DNA from: a bacterium
Lineage (GTDB): Bacteria > SAR324 > NAC60-12
NCBI GenBank assembly: GCA_965205865.1
Contig: CBDBHR010000027.1
Span: forward strand, 170,923 to 234,922
Length of the DNA: 64,000 nucleotides
Reading direction: 5' to 3'
Positions 41,964-52,333 of the stretch are shown piece after piece. The translations under genes were made by a program, and so were the position numbers. Position 1 is the first letter of the stretch; each line of letters opens with the position of its first letter. The notes below the pieces were generated by a model. It was not told where the DNA came from, made no database searches, and worked only from the letters and a program-made list of their open reading frames with translations.

Positions 41964-44885
41964 ATGCCATTAACCAAACCAACTGCGGCCTATTGGGACG
42001 AAAAGCTTTCGGTGTATCTTCATGATCCTTTTACCAAGTCTTTCCGCATTCAAGGGCATGAACAGGTAGCTAACGAAATTTTGAATGTCATGGGGCTTTC
42101 TCTTCCTGACAAAGATGTCTACAAGGCGGCAGATCAAATTGCATCAGGGATGGATCGCGCCCAAGTTCCAGGATTTGACCGTGATCCTCAGAAAAATGGA
42201 GCAATCGATTTTACCACGACTGCTCGTCTTACACATCCGACTGGAAAAAATGGTAGTCTTCCCGTCCGACTTCCGGAAAAATTACAAAACGTGACACCGG
42301 CCGCTGTGGCACAACTCAACCAGGAAGTGATGCATTTTCTCAATTCGGCCAACTCTATTGGAAGTCAAGCCGATCAAGGAAGTCTTTCTGATCAGTTCAA
42401 GGAAGACCCTGAAAAATTCGCGTATGTACGTTTTACGTATGTACATCTGTTGCTGCGACATGAATTGACGAGACACAACATCAGTCAGATTGGACCACTA
42501 TGGGCGCGCCTTCCCGCCGATACCCGCATTCCGGATCATAGCATCTGGCAGCACAATGGTCTGGTTTCCGCTCTCCATTCCAGCATGCGGGAAAGCCGGG
42601 ATCACAAAGCAGCATTGATGGTGTATTCTCTGACACCAGTGCAGGGGTTTATTGCCAGGGCCCGAAAACTACGGGATTACTGGACGGGATCTGTTATCTT
42701 ATCCTGGCTGGCATTTTGCGGGATTCGCGCGGTGATGGAATACTTGGGAGCCGATCATATCCTCTATCCTTCCCTCATTGATCAGCCCCTGGTGGAAAAT
42801 TATTGCGACCATCAATTTGATCAATGGGAAAAATTGGAACACAACAAACATGCCAATAAATCCATCGCATCCTTTCCCAACAAATTTGTCTGTCTGGTCC
42901 CCAAAGGCAAAGAACAGGATTGCGCAGAAACAATCCGCGAATCTATAAATGGCGCATGGCGGGGTCTCACTGAAGAAACACTGAAATTTCTCAAGCAAGT
43001 TACCCAACAGGATCATTGTAATCTTCAGAAATTGTTCGACAGACAAAGCAAATCATTTTGGGAACATCAATGGGCGTCAACTCCTCTGCTGAGCAAAAAG
43101 GAAGCAGATTTGTGCGAGGAGTTGTTGGGAAAAGAAAGAACTCAAAAGGATCTGGAATTCATGAAGAAAAATGTGCAATTTTCAAAAGATCGTTATGGAT
43201 CATACGATGAGGGTTTTTCTGCACTTTACGGGTTGTCACACAAACTGGCCCAATCCGGCTTGGCATCCATCAAGAGTTGCAAATTCGATGAAAGAACCTG
43301 TGAGCCCGGCATCAAGTGCCAACAATGTGGAGAATTTGAAATTGTAACGGTGCAACCGGGTGAAAACCCATCTTCGAAAGAAACGGTGCAACCGGATGAA
43401 AATCCATCTTTGAAAAAAGATATATTTTGGTGTCAATTACGAAAAAACTGGCAAAAACGGTACAACGCTACCGATTTCAAGGTTACTGAACGATTGTGTT
43501 CGATTTGCTTGACCAAACGTATTGCCTACCAGGTTTGTGAAGAAAACCAACCCAACTCCTTATCTTCTCTGATGCAGCTGAAATATATTTTAACGAGAGA
43601 AAAATCCTTCGCCTCTTCAACGGACGTCGCGCTGTCTGATATGTTTGATTTTGCTGAAACGCAAAATATCATAGACAAAGAACAGCGCAAAAAACTGGCT
43701 CAATATATCCATCAACGTGAAGGGGGAACTCAGGAGGAAAAAGTTAATGAAGAGAGACTGCTCGAAAAAGAACGGTATAAATTATTTGCCGATTTGAAAG
43801 AGAAAAATAGACCGTATACGGAGGCTGACAACTACTACGCTATTCTCTTGATGGATGGAGATCACATGGGCAAACTGGTCAATGGCGAAACCGTTGCTTC
43901 CACATGGATGAGCGTTTTGCATCCTGATTTAGCGAAGCGGCTTGATTCTCCGGAATTCGATACGGATTTCAAAGAATATTGGGAAAGCCAGAAATTGCTT
44001 TCGCAAAGACGGTTGGCTCCTGCCCTTCACGCCTCCATTTCGGAATCCTTGGGTGATTTCTCGATTTATGGAGTCCCAGCGATCATCAAACGCCACCGAG
44101 GGCACTTGATCTACGCCGGTGGTGATGACGTTTGCGCAGTGATGCCGGTTTCCTCCGTCCTGGCAGCGGCTGAAGAAATTGCGAAATTATACTGCGCAGG
44201 ATTCGTAGGTTACAAAAACGCATCTCGGGAGCAAACAGGAAATCATGAAATTTTTAATGGCAGCATTCCATTGAATGTTCAAAATTCCGAATTCCAGAAA
44301 CTATCAGTCCATTTGGGTAAAGGATTTAGCATCTCAGCGGGCATACATATCTGTCATCATAAAAAACCTCTGACCACTGCCTTGCAGCGAGCGCATCAAC
44401 TCTTGGATGATGAAGCGAAAAGGAAGACGGAACGAAACGCAGTCGCAATTGAATTGGACAAGCGCAGCGGAGGAAGTCGGGTGTATTCCAGCAAGTGGGA
44501 AGGATCCGATTCAACCCTGGAAGATTTCAAGTCCATCGGGAAAGCACTTGGGAAAGATTCGCGGGATCTGAGTTCTTCCCTGGCATACCGTCTGGAAACT
44601 TTCAAAGAGGGTTTGATCAGCATTTCCGAAAGTGAGAATTCCTCGAAACGGATGGCCAATTTTATTGCTGCCCAAATGGACCGGTCCGAGGTGACTTTTG
44701 AAGCCGAACCCACTCTCTCTAAAATGGAAAAAGAATCAGAAAAAAGAAAAGAACAGCATAAGCTGGCTCAGAGCATTGTCCGTGTGATTCGGAAATCCAA
44801 GGACGCCCTGGCGCTTGAATCTCTGATTGTCGCCAAATTCCTTGGAGAACGGGTATGGAGAAAAGAACAAGATGATAAAAAATAG
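41964..44885 (+). CDS. cas10: Cas10/Cmr2 cyclic-oligonucleotide synthase
   Basis: N-terminal LHDP...ADQIAS HD-like region, PADTRIPDHSIWQH, Zn finger CQQC/CSIC, MDGDHMG, intact YAGGDD palm. Confidence 0.96.
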   Translation: MPLTKPTAAYWDEKLSVYLHDPFTKSFRIQGHEQVANEILNVMGLSLPDKDVYKAADQIASGMDRAQVPGFDRDPQKNGAIDFTTTARLTHPTGKNGSLPVRLPEKLQNVTPAAVAQLNQEVMHFLNSANSIGSQADQGSLSDQFKEDPEKFAYVRFTYVHLLLRHELTRHNISQIGPLWARLPADTRIPDHSIWQHNGLVSALHSSMRESRDHKAALMVYSLTPVQGFIARARKLRDYWTGSVILSWLAFCGIRAVMEYLGADHILYPSLIDQPLVENYCDHQFDQWEKLEHNKHANKSIASFPNKFVCLVPKGKEQDCAETIRESINGAWRGLTEETLKFLKQVTQQDHCNLQKLFDRQSKSFWEHQWASTPLLSKKEADLCEELLGKERTQKDLEFMKKNVQFSKDRYGSYDEGFSALYGLSHKLAQSGLASIKSCKFDERTCEPGIKCQQCGEFEIVTVQPGENPSSKETVQPDENPSLKKDIFWCQLRKNWQKRYNATDFKVTERLCSICLTKRIAYQVCEENQPNSLSSLMQLKYILTREKSFASSTDVALSDMFDFAETQNIIDKEQRKKLAQYIHQREGGTQEEKVNEERLLEKERYKLFADLKEKNRPYTEADNYYAILLMDGDHMGKLVNGETVASTWMSVLHPDLAKRLDSPEFDTDFKEYWESQKLLSQRRLAPALHASISESLGDFSIYGVPAIIKRHRGHLIYAGGDDVCAVMPVSSVLAAAEEIAKLYCAGFVGYKNASREQTGNHEIFNGSIPLNVQNSEFQKLSVHLGKGFSISAGIHICHHKKPLTTALQRAHQLLDDEAKRKTERNAVAIELDKRSGGSRVYSSKWEGSDSTLEDFKSIGKALGKDSRDLSSSLAYRLETFKEGLISISESENSSKRMANFIAAQMDRSEVTFEAEPTLSKMEKESEKRKEQHKLAQSIVRVIRKSKDALALESLIVAKFLGERVWRKEQDDKK
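43346..43417 (+). repeat. In-frame 36-bp tandem duplication inside cas10
   Basis: TVQPGENPSSKE / TVQPDENPSLKK. Confidence 0.85.
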
Positions 44886-44904
44886 CACGATATAAAGGAG
44901 AACG

Positions 44905-46008
44905 ATGAGCATACAGTCTATTGACCTGACGCCGGTGGATACCCTTTTCTTCCGGGGTGCGGAGCCGATGGTGACAGGAGAGAATCATCATGTCACCATT
45001 TTGTTTCCGCCTATGCCTTCCACCATCCTGGGAGCCTTGCGCACAGGGATGCTGGTTCAAATTCAAAATCCAAAGATCTCTTTTCAAGACTTTACAACAG
45101 GGAAGACAATTGACGGGATCGTGGGAGAGCTTTTGGGATCACCGGATCAACCAGGATTTTCCCTGACAGGTCTCCTGTTTTCCGTCCGGCAACATGGCAA
45201 CGAGTTACTCTTTTTTCCGGCTCCTGCTCATTGGTTCGTGTGCAAACAGGAGTTGGACCGGATAAAGGAAAGAACCACAGCACCCGTTCAAATCCAAATC
45301 ATTCCAAGCCGACCTTTGCCTGCGAGGGCAAAAGAGTTCGGGCTTTGTTCGTCCTTAACGAAGGAATGGCATTGGGCTACAGCCAGGGATGGTCAGGAAC
45401 TGGTTTCTTTAGAGGGGTATTGGGTCTCTGAAACTCTGTTGAAATCGCCAGACACCGGGAAAGCACTTTCTAAATTGGACCAATTGAAAGATCTAACTTC
45501 TACGGAAAAGATAATTCTTCCGTCACAGGCATTCTATGTTTCCGAAACGAGAACCGGCATTGCGCGTAAAAGGGATAAAACGGTAAAGGATGGACATTTA
45601 TATTCAACCACCCACATCCGTTTGTATCCGGAAGTGAGTTTGAAAGTATTTGTCGACAAATCTCTGGAGAAGGCTTTGTCTCCTTCAGGAATCCTGCAAC
45701 TTGGAGGAGAACAGCGAGTGGTTCATTACCACCTGGAGCATTCCCCCCAATTGCTGAACGAATCAACCATGGGAAAAACCTGGCTGGCCTTATCTCCTGT
45801 CACATCCAAAACAGTGGCACGGCTGAATCCTGATGGGATCGCTTCCGGCAAACTGCAACGCATTGGAGGCTGGGAGATGAAAAAGGGAAACGATACAGAT
45901 AAGACACGAGGATTTCACCGTCCTATGGAAGGCTGGTATCCCGCGGGAACAGTCCTGTTTTTTAAAGAACCTCAAAAAGTCGCTGACAGTTTTTTTGTCA
46001 TCGATTGA
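44905..46008 (+). CDS. cmr3: Type III-B Cmr3 (Cas5 group)
   Basis: PVDTLFFRG, FPPMPSTILGALRT, RTGIA, LGGEQR, PAGTV. Confidence 0.93.
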   Translation: MSIQSIDLTPVDTLFFRGAEPMVTGENHHVTILFPPMPSTILGALRTGMLVQIQNPKISFQDFTTGKTIDGIVGELLGSPDQPGFSLTGLLFSVRQHGNELLFFPAPAHWFVCKQELDRIKERTTAPVQIQIIPSRPLPARAKEFGLCSSLTKEWHWATARDGQELVSLEGYWVSETLLKSPDTGKALSKLDQLKDLTSTEKIILPSQAFYVSETRTGIARKRDKTVKDGHLYSTTHIRLYPEVSLKVFVDKSLEKALSPSGILQLGGEQRVVHYHLEHSPQLLNESTMGKTWLALSPVTSKTVARLNPDGIASGKLQRIGGWEMKKGNDTDKTRGFHRPMEGWYPAGTVLFFKEPQKVADSFFVID

Positions 46009-46046
46009 TAGCACCGAATCTATTTTGTTTAAAAGGAGAACAAACT

Positions 46047-47018
46047 ATGTTTTTAGCTGATCATTCTGCAATTCTGACATTTTACACAATCACACCCATG
46101 CATGCCGGCTCCGGTAGTGCAACCGGCGCGGTTGACCTGCCCATCCAAAGAGAACGGCATACCGGAAGACCCATTGTACAGTCCTCCGGAGTCAAGGGAG
46201 CTTTGCGCGACGCAGTTGAACAAAAGATTTGTTATGACTGGAAACAGGCGAACCATAAAACCAAGCAGGATTGCATCAACAAAACCAAAGAAATCTGTGC
46301 GATTTTTGGTGCTGAGAACGAATCAAATGAAAATGGGGATCGAATTGACCAAGCTGGAGCTTTGTCTGTTTCAGATGCGAAAATCCTCCTGTTCCCAGTA
46401 CGTTCTTCCCATGCTCCATTTTTGTATGTGACGTGCCCTTCTATTCTCAGACAGTTGAATAGTGACCTGAAAATCGTTGGTATGCACACACTGAGTGAGC
46501 TTGTAACAAATGATCAAAAGCAGGGTTTCGGACTGGGAAAAAACTTGGTCAACAGAGCTTGCGATACAGGGGGAATGATCCTGGAAGATATGAGGGTTGG
46601 AGTCGAGGAGCACCCTAAAGCTGAAAAGCTCAAAGAGGGCTTATGTCGCTTTGCAGTTCCTTATGGTGAAGATGTTCTGGAAAAGACAGTGCTGCTTCGC
46701 GACGAAGATTTCAATTACATTATTGAGAGCACCTGTCCCGTACAAACCCGCATCAAACTAGGTCCAGGTGGCACGACTTCAGAATCAGGAGGAAATCTCT
46801 GGTACCAGGAATTGTTGCCCAACGACACGCTTATGTATGCGGTCGTTTTTCTTTCAGCAGAAAAGACACTTCAGGAAAATGCTAGAACTGCAGATCATTT
46901 ATATGATTGGCTGACAAAGAAGGGAAATTTACCGGAACATATTCAAATGGGTGGAGACGCCTCTCTAGGTAGAGGTTTTTGTGAATTGAAATGGATTGAA
47001 AAGGAGAACAGATTATGA
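46047..47018 (+). CDS. cmr4: Type III-B Cmr4 (Cas7 backbone RNase)
   Basis: HAGSG..VDLPIQRERHTG (catalytic Asp present), SGVKGALR, QMGGDASLGRG; AAGGAG RBS before ATG 46047. Confidence 0.95.
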   Translation: MFLADHSAILTFYTITPMHAGSGSATGAVDLPIQRERHTGRPIVQSSGVKGALRDAVEQKICYDWKQANHKTKQDCINKTKEICAIFGAENESNENGDRIDQAGALSVSDAKILLFPVRSSHAPFLYVTCPSILRQLNSDLKIVGMHTLSELVTNDQKQGFGLGKNLVNRACDTGGMILEDMRVGVEEHPKAEKLKEGLCRFAVPYGEDVLEKTVLLRDEDFNYIIESTCPVQTRIKLGPGGTTSESGGNLWYQELLPNDTLMYAVVFLSAEKTLQENARTADHLYDWLTKKGNLPEHIQMGGDASLGRGFCELKWIEKENRL

Positions 47019-47389
47019 ACTTGTCACAAAAACGTTCCAAATTTGCTTTAGACAAGTTGGATAAGTTAAGCGCGCATGGATCATTAAAAGAAGCAGGATT
47101 TGATAGTTACACTGCTGGTCTACCTTCAATGGTATTGAGCAATGGGTTAGCTCAAACCTTTGCATTTATCCTGAGCAAGGTGTCAGAAAAGCCAAAAGGA
47201 AAGGAGGTGCTTAATTGGACAAAGGAATGGCTGGAGGAACAAGGGAAAATTAAAGAAACAGCAGATCACAAAGATTTCATGAAGGAAATTTCCTCAATGC
47301 CTCAAAGCCAGTATCTTGCCAGCCAAAAGGAATGTTTATTACTTTGGGAATGGATCAAACGATATTCAAATTCAAACCTTTTTAATTAA
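47015..47389 (+). CDS. cmr5: Type III-B small subunit Cmr5 (Cas11)
   Basis: LPSMVLSNGLAQTFAF, WIKRY; located between cmr4 and cmr6. Confidence 0.92.
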   Translation: MNLSQKRSKFALDKLDKLSAHGSLKEAGFDSYTAGLPSMVLSNGLAQTFAFILSKVSEKPKGKEVLNWTKEWLEEQGKIKETADHKDFMKEISSMPQSQYLASQKECLLLWEWIKRYSNSNLFN

Positions 47390-47397
47390 GGGGTTGT

Positions 47398-48813
47398 ATG
47401 ACAGAAGTTACCGGAAAAACGCTTCAAGAGAATCCTTATCTTTGGCGAGCTGTTTCTAAAGAAGTTAATGAAGTTTTACATAAGGTATTAAATGGTTCAG
47501 AGCCTGCTTTCAATTTAGGACTTTATGCCAGAAAATGGTCTGTTTTTGCTTTTAATGTGTTGAAAGATAAAGATCGTTGGCGTTGCCCTTCCAACAGCGA
47601 AAATATTTGGTGGGAAAAAAAATACAGAAATGAGCAAAAACCTCAAGAAATCAAGCAGGCAGAGGAGAGAGGAAATAACTTAAATTCCATACAGAAATGC
47701 TTTAATAAACAACAATACCCTGATGCAATTCAATCTGCCGAGAAAGCCTTAATTCAAATTCATATACGATTTTCAGGTATCATTCAAACATATAAACAAC
47801 AAGGATACAAAACCTATCTTCTCTCACTTTCAATGCGGTCCCCTTTGGTGCATGGTTTGGGAGAAACCCACCCGATGGAAAAATTTCTTACCTTTGACCG
47901 GAATACAGGCATTCCTAATATTCCTTCCACTTCAGTAAAGGGAGTCTTGAAAACCCGTTTAATGATTCAGGAATTGAATAACTGGAGCTTGAAGACAACT
48001 GATGAATGCTTGGCGGCCAAGAAAGAAGGATTCTTAATAAAAAACAAAGAACACGAATATCTGGTCAATGAAAATTACCCACTTTTCAAAGAACTCTTTG
48101 GTGGTGCAGAAGAGCAAGGGAAAGCAGAGAGCCAGGCACAACGGGGAAAAATTATTTTTTTAGACGCATTTCCTGCCACCTTTCCCCGCTTGAAAAAGGA
48201 GATCATGACACCACACTATGGTAATTATTATTCTGGAAAAGGAAAAATCGGCCCCACTGAATCCCAGCAACCGGTTCCTAATGCTTATCTCAGCGTTGAT
48301 CCGCAGCATGGTCAGCAAAAATGGAACTTTGTGTTCTTGATCCATCCCGATCTATCTCAAAAACATCCGGAATATATCGAAAAATTCATGCGGGTTTTTG
48401 AAAACAAAGATGTGTCGGATATTGGCTTTGGTTCCAAAACGGCTATTGGATTCGGACAATTTGCTCCCATTTCTCTGCAAAAATGGAAAGAAGAAGAGGA
48501 AAAACAGAAGGAAAAAGAACAGATGGAAGCAAAACGAAAAAAAGAGGAAGCCCGGTTGGCAGCAGAGGCAAAGGCTCAAGAAGAAAAACGGGCACTAATG
48601 TCCCCTGTGGAAAAATTGATTGAAGCATTGAAAACCATCCCCCAATATAAAGACCGTTTCCATGAATTGGAAAAATTTGAAGGAGGTGACAAAATCAAAC
48701 TGGCTCGATTCTTCAAAGAAAAATTCATGGAAAACCAGGAATGGGACGTCAAACCTAGAAGGGAAAAGCAGTTTGACAAAGTACAGAAAATTCGAGGGAT
48801 TTTAGGGGAATAG
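47398..48813 (+). CDS. cmr6: Type III-B Cmr6 with charged C-terminal helical extension
   Basis: HGLG, GIPNIPSTSVKG, GKIIFLDAFP, IMTPHY, GFGSKTAIGFG. Confidence 0.92.
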   Translation: MTEVTGKTLQENPYLWRAVSKEVNEVLHKVLNGSEPAFNLGLYARKWSVFAFNVLKDKDRWRCPSNSENIWWEKKYRNEQKPQEIKQAEERGNNLNSIQKCFNKQQYPDAIQSAEKALIQIHIRFSGIIQTYKQQGYKTYLLSLSMRSPLVHGLGETHPMEKFLTFDRNTGIPNIPSTSVKGVLKTRLMIQELNNWSLKTTDECLAAKKEGFLIKNKEHEYLVNENYPLFKELFGGAEEQGKAESQAQRGKIIFLDAFPATFPRLKKEIMTPHYGNYYSGKGKIGPTESQQPVPNAYLSVDPQHGQQKWNFVFLIHPDLSQKHPEYIEKFMRVFENKDVSDIGFGSKTAIGFGQFAPISLQKWKEEEEKQKEKEQMEAKRKKEEARLAAEAKAQEEKRALMSPVEKLIEALKTIPQYKDRFHELEKFEGGDKIKLARFFKEKFMENQEWDVKPRREKQFDKVQKIRGILGE

Positions 48814-50976
48814 ATGAACCTCCTCCTCACCACCTTGGGCATGTCTTGGGCGATAGTGCCGGAACTGCTGGGTTTCAGCAATCCGCAACAGCTTGATTTG
48901 TATGCGCATCACCCGGAAGCTGAAAAGATTGTTACCGACCGGGAAAATTATGACATCCAGTCGGTGGATGAGATTTGGATTGTGACGACCGGAGGATCAC
49001 AGGCGGCTCAAAGCATAGCGACGCTGCAATCCTGGCATCAGGCACTGGGCTTGATGCCTCCTCTCCGTATCTTCCAGGCAGAAAGCACGGATCATCTGAG
49101 CAGCCCGCAGGAATGCCGGTGGATGAAGGAGTTGATTCTGCGTGTGGTGCTACAGGCTCAAGCGCGGGTTGGTGAGGGGCAGGTCCTGCTTTCCCTGACA
49201 GGAGGTCGTAAGACTATGAGTGCCGACATGCAGCAAGCGGCCTTGTTTTTTGGATGCCATGCTCTACTGCACGTCATTGACCAGGAAACCATCCCGCAAG
49301 CCCTGCGCAGGCCGGAACCGTCATATTTTCTAACGCCTTTCCCGGAACAATGGGCCTCGATTTTTATGCCGGTCGTGGTAGGTGGTCAATATCCGAAAAG
49401 CATCGTCCTTAGTTACCAGTATCCTGTTGCAGGGATCCATGAGCGATTTCCGCTGCCGGAATGTCCTGAAAACGGCCTTGTCTCGGTCCCGCCTCAAACC
49501 GAATTGGGGGAACACGTCAATCAAATGCAGAAAGAATCGCAATATGTCTTTGTCAACCATTCCCGCCAGCTTCGACAGGAATCCCCGGCATCCAACTTCC
49601 TGGCCTTATATCATCTTCCCCCGCAGCAGATTCAAGCCCTGAAAGAACAAAAATTTGGAGTGTCCCCGGAGAAAAAACGGGATGAACGGGAGTGGCTTCA
49701 TCAGCTTCCCAAAGCGGAGTTGCACTGTCACTTCGGAGGTGCTGCCAGTGCTGAAGACATGATCGCGATTGCTCGCGCCCATGAGATGCATTTAACGAAG
49801 TATCACAAGGCTTTGCAAGCCTGGCGTCAGGAATGGGAGCCTTTGGTGCGGCAAGGTAATGCCGGTGGAATTCGGGATCGCCTGGAAAAACAAATGAGGG
49901 TGAAAGAATCCAGCGTTCTCAAAGTAATCAGACAGTCAGTGAAAGGTGTGCCCGGATATGTTTGCGTCTCGGCGTTTATCCTGCTTTTCTCGGAGTCCCC
50001 GGAGTTGTTGGATGCCGTGATCTTTGGCCCTTTTCAGGAGGAAAAGAATTTTTTCAATATTGGCATTGATCGCTATGAAGCATTGGGAGATTTGCAAGGT
50101 TCGGCCCTCTTGCAAACCAGAGTAGCCATTCAAATGGCCTGTCGGCTCCTGCTGGAAAAAGCCTGTCAACATCGAGTACGCTATTTGGAAATTCGTTGCT
50201 CGCCTGTGAATTATACGCATGGTGGGTTGGAAGCAATCGAAGTGGTTGGGGCCATTCAGGAAGTTTGCCAGCAATATAAGGACAGATTGACAACCAGATT
50301 GTTGTTCATGGCCAGCCGCCATGGAAAGATGAGTACAGTCTACCAGCATATCGAACTGGCAGAGGAGATCTGGAAGCAGGAAAGCCACTCCTCGGATGAG
50401 TCTTTTTTAATTGGCTTTGATCTGGCGGGAAATGAGGAATTCCGCAAGGCTGCAGAAATGAGGAGCGCCTTCATGCCTTTGCTGCAACGCTGCGCAAGAT
50501 TGACCATTCATGCTGGTGAGACCGACGATGCCACCAGCGTTTGGGAAGCGGTGTATCTTCTAGGTGCGGACCGCATTGGACATGGACTCACTCTAAAAAA
50601 TAAGCCGGAGTTGCTTCAACGTTTCATAGACCGGAGGATTACCCTGGAGATGTGCCCTTCCAGTAATTTTCAGATTGTCGGATTCCGGGACAACTATGTG
50701 CCAGAATCCATCAGTACGGCAAAATATCCTTTGAAAGAATATCTGGAGAAAGGCTTGAAAGTCACCGTCAATACGGACAATCCTGGCATTTCTCGCACTG
50801 ATTTCACTAACGAACTTCACCGGGCGGCCCGGCTCACACCCGGAGGCTTGAGCGCCTGGGAAATTCTCCAATTGGTCCGCAATAGTTTCCGCGCGGCATT
50901 TGTTTCACATAGCATCTCCAAAAAACTCATTCTCAAAGCCGAAGAAGAGATTCTGGAAATTTTCAATAAAACCTGA
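48814..50976 (+). CDS. cad1: CARF-adenosine deaminase fusion effector (Cad1/CAAD-like)
   Basis: CARF: TLGMSWAIVPE, SLTGGRKTMS; ADA: LHCHFGG, GFDLAGNE, HAGE, RIGHG, EMCPSSN, NTDNP; directly after cmr6. Confidence 0.9.
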   Translation: MNLLLTTLGMSWAIVPELLGFSNPQQLDLYAHHPEAEKIVTDRENYDIQSVDEIWIVTTGGSQAAQSIATLQSWHQALGLMPPLRIFQAESTDHLSSPQECRWMKELILRVVLQAQARVGEGQVLLSLTGGRKTMSADMQQAALFFGCHALLHVIDQETIPQALRRPEPSYFLTPFPEQWASIFMPVVVGGQYPKSIVLSYQYPVAGIHERFPLPECPENGLVSVPPQTELGEHVNQMQKESQYVFVNHSRQLRQESPASNFLALYHLPPQQIQALKEQKFGVSPEKKRDEREWLHQLPKAELHCHFGGAASAEDMIAIARAHEMHLTKYHKALQAWRQEWEPLVRQGNAGGIRDRLEKQMRVKESSVLKVIRQSVKGVPGYVCVSAFILLFSESPELLDAVIFGPFQEEKNFFNIGIDRYEALGDLQGSALLQTRVAIQMACRLLLEKACQHRVRYLEIRCSPVNYTHGGLEAIEVVGAIQEVCQQYKDRLTTRLLFMASRHGKMSTVYQHIELAEEIWKQESHSSDESFLIGFDLAGNEEFRKAAEMRSAFMPLLQRCARLTIHAGETDDATSVWEAVYLLGADRIGHGLTLKNKPELLQRFIDRRITLEMCPSSNFQIVGFRDNYVPESISTAKYPLKEYLEKGLKVTVNTDNPGISRTDFTNELHRAARLTPGGLSAWEILQLVRNSFRAAFVSHSISKKLILKAEEEILEIFNKT

Positions 50977-50995
50977 TGATCTCCACTGGAGTCAA

Positions 50996-52315
50996 ATGAT
51001 GCAAAAAATCCTTTTTGTCAGCGTGGGAGGTTCATACCAACCTATCGTCAAAGCCATTGAGTCCCTTAAGCCAGAGCGAACTGTTTTTTTCTGTTCCACC
51101 GGAAGCCATTCCCAGGTTATCGGGAAAGGTAAACCTTGTGAGCAACGGAAAGGTTCCGAGATAGTAAAAAAGCTTCCCAATATCCCGACACAACTGCAAA
51201 TGGGAGAGCAATTCAATCCGGACCAGGATGTTCTGGAGGTCCGGAACCCCGACGATTTCCAAGAGTGCTACGAGGCGCTTAATGAAAAGATTCACCAATT
51301 GCGGCGGATGCCTGGCGACTACCAATTCATGGCTGATTACACAGGGGGCACCAAAACCATGTCGATGGCACTGGCGATGCTTAGCATGGATCAAGGCATT
51401 CCACTCTACATCACCACCCGTTCTACCCGAGATAACATAATAAAAGTTGAACATGGTGAATTTACTGAAAGAGTGCCTGTTTCTGCAATCATCGCCCAGC
51501 GAAAATGCGAGCAAACACTTCCTTTATTATTGGAAAACTACAATTACGCTGCTGCTGTAAACGAGCTGCAAGGTCTGCTGCGAGGAATGGAACTAATTCC
51601 GGAACTCAAACAGAAATTGCATAAACGCAGGGATTGCTTTGCGGCATTTGAATGCTGGGACCGTTTCCAACACATTGAGGCCCTGCACCTGTTAGAACCT
51701 TATATGCGCTCTTCAGAGATCCAATCTTATGGAATATTCCTCAGGCAGGTCATCCACAGCCGCAGGCAAATCGACATGCCCTTTGAAGCAAAAGGAGGAA
51801 CCAAAGGACATGGGTATGAGTTGATCCTCGATTTGCTGCTCAACGAGGAACGCTGCAAAGCACAGAAACGTTTCGACGATGGAATTGCCCGGATTTACCG
51901 GGCCGTGGAATTGCTGGCGCAGATGAGATTGGCATATAAATATGGAGTCAAAACCGGGGAGGTGGATCTGCAATGCATTCCGGACAAGTTGCATGAAAAA
52001 TACAACCAATATCGTTCTCCCACAACCGATAAGATCGAACTGGGTTTGGACAAAAGCTATAAATTGCTGGAAGATTTACAAGACCCTTTAGGGCAGCACT
52101 ACCAGAAAAATCTTCAAAAGGTTCGTAACGCATTGACCGGTAGAAATCATTCCTTTCTCGCCCACGGCTTCACCCCGATTTCCGGAGAGGACTACGAAGC
52201 TACAAATAAAGTACTGACAGGGTTCATCCGGGAGGCGCTGCGTTTGTTGATTCCATCAAAATACATATTTGAATTTCCTGAACAATTTCCACGAACTCTC
52301 GATTTTCATCCGTAA
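50996..52315 (+). CDS. CARF-HEPN effector (TIGR02710/Csx1-Csm6-like RNase)
   Basis: SVGGS, DYTGGTKTMS CARF motifs; C-terminal RNHSFLAHG (RX4-6H) HEPN motif; GGAG RBS before ATG 50996. Confidence 0.85.
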   Translation: MMQKILFVSVGGSYQPIVKAIESLKPERTVFFCSTGSHSQVIGKGKPCEQRKGSEIVKKLPNIPTQLQMGEQFNPDQDVLEVRNPDDFQECYEALNEKIHQLRRMPGDYQFMADYTGGTKTMSMALAMLSMDQGIPLYITTRSTRDNIIKVEHGEFTERVPVSAIIAQRKCEQTLPLLLENYNYAAAVNELQGLLRGMELIPELKQKLHKRRDCFAAFECWDRFQHIEALHLLEPYMRSSEIQSYGIFLRQVIHSRRQIDMPFEAKGGTKGHGYELILDLLLNEERCKAQKRFDDGIARIYRAVELLAQMRLAYKYGVKTGEVDLQCIPDKLHEKYNQYRSPTTDKIELGLDKSYKLLEDLQDPLGQHYQKNLQKVRNALTGRNHSFLAHGFTPISGEDYEATNKVLTGFIREALRLLIPSKYIFEFPEQFPRTLDFHP

Positions 52316-52333
52316 TTGAGGAGTCTTTGTCTT

